Positions 62,476 to 64,000 of a stretch of 64,000 bases of DNA are shown here, in pieces. The stretch lies in the NCBI GenBank assembly GCA_963717685.1, contig OY970346.1:1454981-1518980 (forward strand), given 5' to 3'. The translations under genes and the position numbers were made by a program. The notes under the pieces are model-generated. The model ran no database searches. It was given only the letters and a program-made list of their open reading frames with translations, and had not been told where the DNA came from. Source of the stretch: an uncultured Bacteroidales bacterium (GTDB taxonomy: Bacteria > Bacteroidota > Bacteroidia > Bacteroidales > VadinHA17). Positions within the stretch are counted from its first letter, which is position 1; every line of letters begins with the position of its first letter.

Positions 62476-64000
62476 ATGGGCAGGAATAGAAGATACAGGA
62501 ATCTTACGGCCGGCGAGACTGACATTCTGATTTCCAACGGATGCTCATGCGAAAAATGGGGGAGAATAAAAGTCATTGAAGGATTTGATCCCGCACATTG
62601 CAGAAATGTCATTTTTTCGGGTGATATATGCCTGGGTACGTACAAAAGTTCCTTTACAGACGGATCAGGCGTCAAAACACATTCCGGCATTATGAATGCG
62701 TGGCTGCATAACTGTATCGTGGGATCGGATGTCATAATATATAATATAGGCCAGTATATCGCAAATTATATAATTGAAGATGAAGCGTCCATCAGGAATT
62801 GCGATAAGATTTTCACGGAGGGCAGCTCTGCCTTCGGCAATGGGACTCCTGTTGCAGTGCTTAATGAGGCCGGCGGAAGACTGGTCAGAATCCATGACGG
62901 GATGTCGGCTCATGAGGCTTATATAATTGCACTTTACCGGCACAGGGCAAAGGCCATCCGGAGTTTAGAAAAAATGGCGGATGATTATACGAATTCCCTG
63001 AAATCGAAGCTTGGAACCATTGGACATAATTCACAGCTGGCAAATTGCAGCACAATCAGGAATGTAAGGCTGGGTCCATACAGCAATATTGACGGGGCTG
63101 AGAGGCTGAATGAGGGATCGGTGAACAGCTGTCGGGAGGGCCCGGTATATATAGGCCCCGGAGTAATAATGGAACATTTCATTGTTTCTTCCGGATCAAT
63201 TGTCACGGAATCGACACTCGTAGATAAATGCTTTATAGGCCAGGGTTGCATACTGGCGAAGCATTACTCAGCAGAGAATTCGCTGTTCTTCGCCAATTGC
63301 GGAGGTTATCACGGAGAGGCCTGCTCAGTATTTGCCGGTCCCTATACGGTCACTCATCATAAGTCAACGCTTCTGATAGCCGGTATTTTTTCATTCATGA
63401 ATGCAGGCAGCGGTTCGAATCAGAGCAATCATATGTACAAACTGGGGCCGATTCACCAGGGTATTATGGAAAGGGGCTCAAAAACAACCAGCGATTCTTA
63501 CCTGTTATGGCCGGCACGAATCGGTCCGTTTACACTGGTAATGGGCCGCCATTACAAAAACATGGACACTGCTTCATTGCCTTTCTCATATCTTATTGAA
63601 AGCAACGACGAGAGCATACTTGTTCCGGGAATAAACCTGAGAAGCGTGGGAACAATCAGGGATGCACAAAAATGGCCCATGCGTGACAGGAGAAAAGATC
63701 CTGTCAAAACCGACCAGATCAATTTCAACCTTCTGAGCCCTTTTACAATCCGCAAGATGTTCGATGGAAGAGACCTGCTGAAAAAAATTAAATCGGAAAC
63801 ATCAGCTTCTGGTTCCTATTATTCCTATGATAATATGAAGATAAAAGACACAGCCCTTGAACGCGGAATATATCTTTACCAGGCGGGAATAGACAAATTC
63901 CTGGGGAATTCAATTATCAAAAGGCTTGAAAAGACAATGTTCAGTTCAAATGAAGAGCTCCTTCAGAGACTTTTCCCCGATAACCCGGTTGGCAGGGGAG
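62476..64000 (+). CDS. DUF4954-like left-handed beta-helix protein (3'-truncated by the window end)
   Basis: My own translation from ATG 62476 (MGRNRRYRNLTAGETDILISNGCSCEKWGRIKV...) stays open for 508 codons to the window edge. It is absent from the ORF track only because no stop lies in the window. It has hexapeptide-like repeats and is the typical glmS neighbour in Bacteroidetes. The four minus-strand ORFs listed here are antisense artefacts. Confidence 0.8.
   Translation, partial: MGRNRRYRNLTAGETDILISNGCSCEKWGRIKVIEGFDPAHCRNVIFSGDICLGTYKSSFTDGSGVKTHSGIMNAWLHNCIVGSDVIIYNIGQYIANYIIEDEASIRNCDKIFTEGSSAFGNGTPVAVLNEAGGRLVRIHDGMSAHEAYIIALYRHRAKAIRSLEKMADDYTNSLKSKLGTIGHNSQLANCSTIRNVRLGPYSNIDGAERLNEGSVNSCREGPVYIGPGVIMEHFIVSSGSIVTESTLVDKCFIGQGCILAKHYSAENSLFFANCGGYHGEACSVFAGPYTVTHHKSTLLIAGIFSFMNAGSGSNQSNHMYKLGPIHQGIMERGSKTTSDSYLLWPARIGPFTLVMGRHYKNMDTASLPFSYLIESNDESILVPGINLRSVGTIRDAQKWPMRDRRKDPVKTDQINFNLLSPFTIRKMFDGRDLLKKIKSETSASGSYYSYDNMKIKDTALERGIYLYQAGIDKFLGNSIIKRLEKTMFSSNEELLQRLFPDNPVGRG

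Noticed and set aside
63411-63421. tRNA T-loop-like string ggttcgaatc
   Set aside because: It is embedded in the open reading frame of the DUF4954-like gene, and no acceptor or anticodon arms can be drawn around it.
62472-63755. Four minus-strand ORFs (87, 92, 88, 67 aa) listed by the ORF track
   Set aside because: All lie antisense to a 508-codon open + strand frame with protein-like sequence. They have low-complexity, Cys/His-rich odd composition and no context.

Overview
Chromosomal window from a Bacteroidota-type genome. Supporting evidence: a porP-gldK-gldL-gldM-gldN type IX secretion/gliding block, a gldA-like gene, TAnnTTTG-type -7 promoter boxes and synteny typical of Bacteroidetes. 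About 55 protein genes are supported. I recognised no rRNA, tRNA, CRISPR array, transposase or integrase. All family names below come from motifs read by eye, not from database searches.

The left 12.5 kb looks accessory and holds two peptide-related cassettes:
- Cassette 1 (261-6261, + strand): an HPr-kinase-like P-loop kinase, a soluble Ser/His signal-peptidase-like protease, an ABC exporter and an 'uncharacterised nucleotidyltransferase'-type protein. They form two translationally coupled pairs, split by an AT-rich AAA/DUF4143-type ATPase gene. No precursor peptide, PqqD/RRE or cyclase is visible. This is my best candidate for an undescribed modification/export system.
- Cassette 2 (8560-12511, - strand): HlyD, a C39-peptidase ABC transporter, a small HTH protein and a 67-aa double-glycine-leader peptide. 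The predicted mature peptide is Cys-free, Trp-rich and slightly anionic.

The remainder is housekeeping:
- Methionine/SAM genes: a SAM-I riboswitch followed by a Met-rich upstream ORF ahead of metY-metX-hom, then metH-metF and metK.
- Translation and transcription: asnS, rpoN, trpS, rbfA.
- Envelope: Lol-type and Mla-type ABC components, PBP1A.
- DNA: topA, radA.
- Other metabolism: panD, panC, a glgA-like gene, glmS.
- A 3'-truncated DUF4954-like gene (62476-64000) that is missing from the supplied ORF track.

GC-rich nested palindromic repeats occur at 31-140 and 16720-16920.
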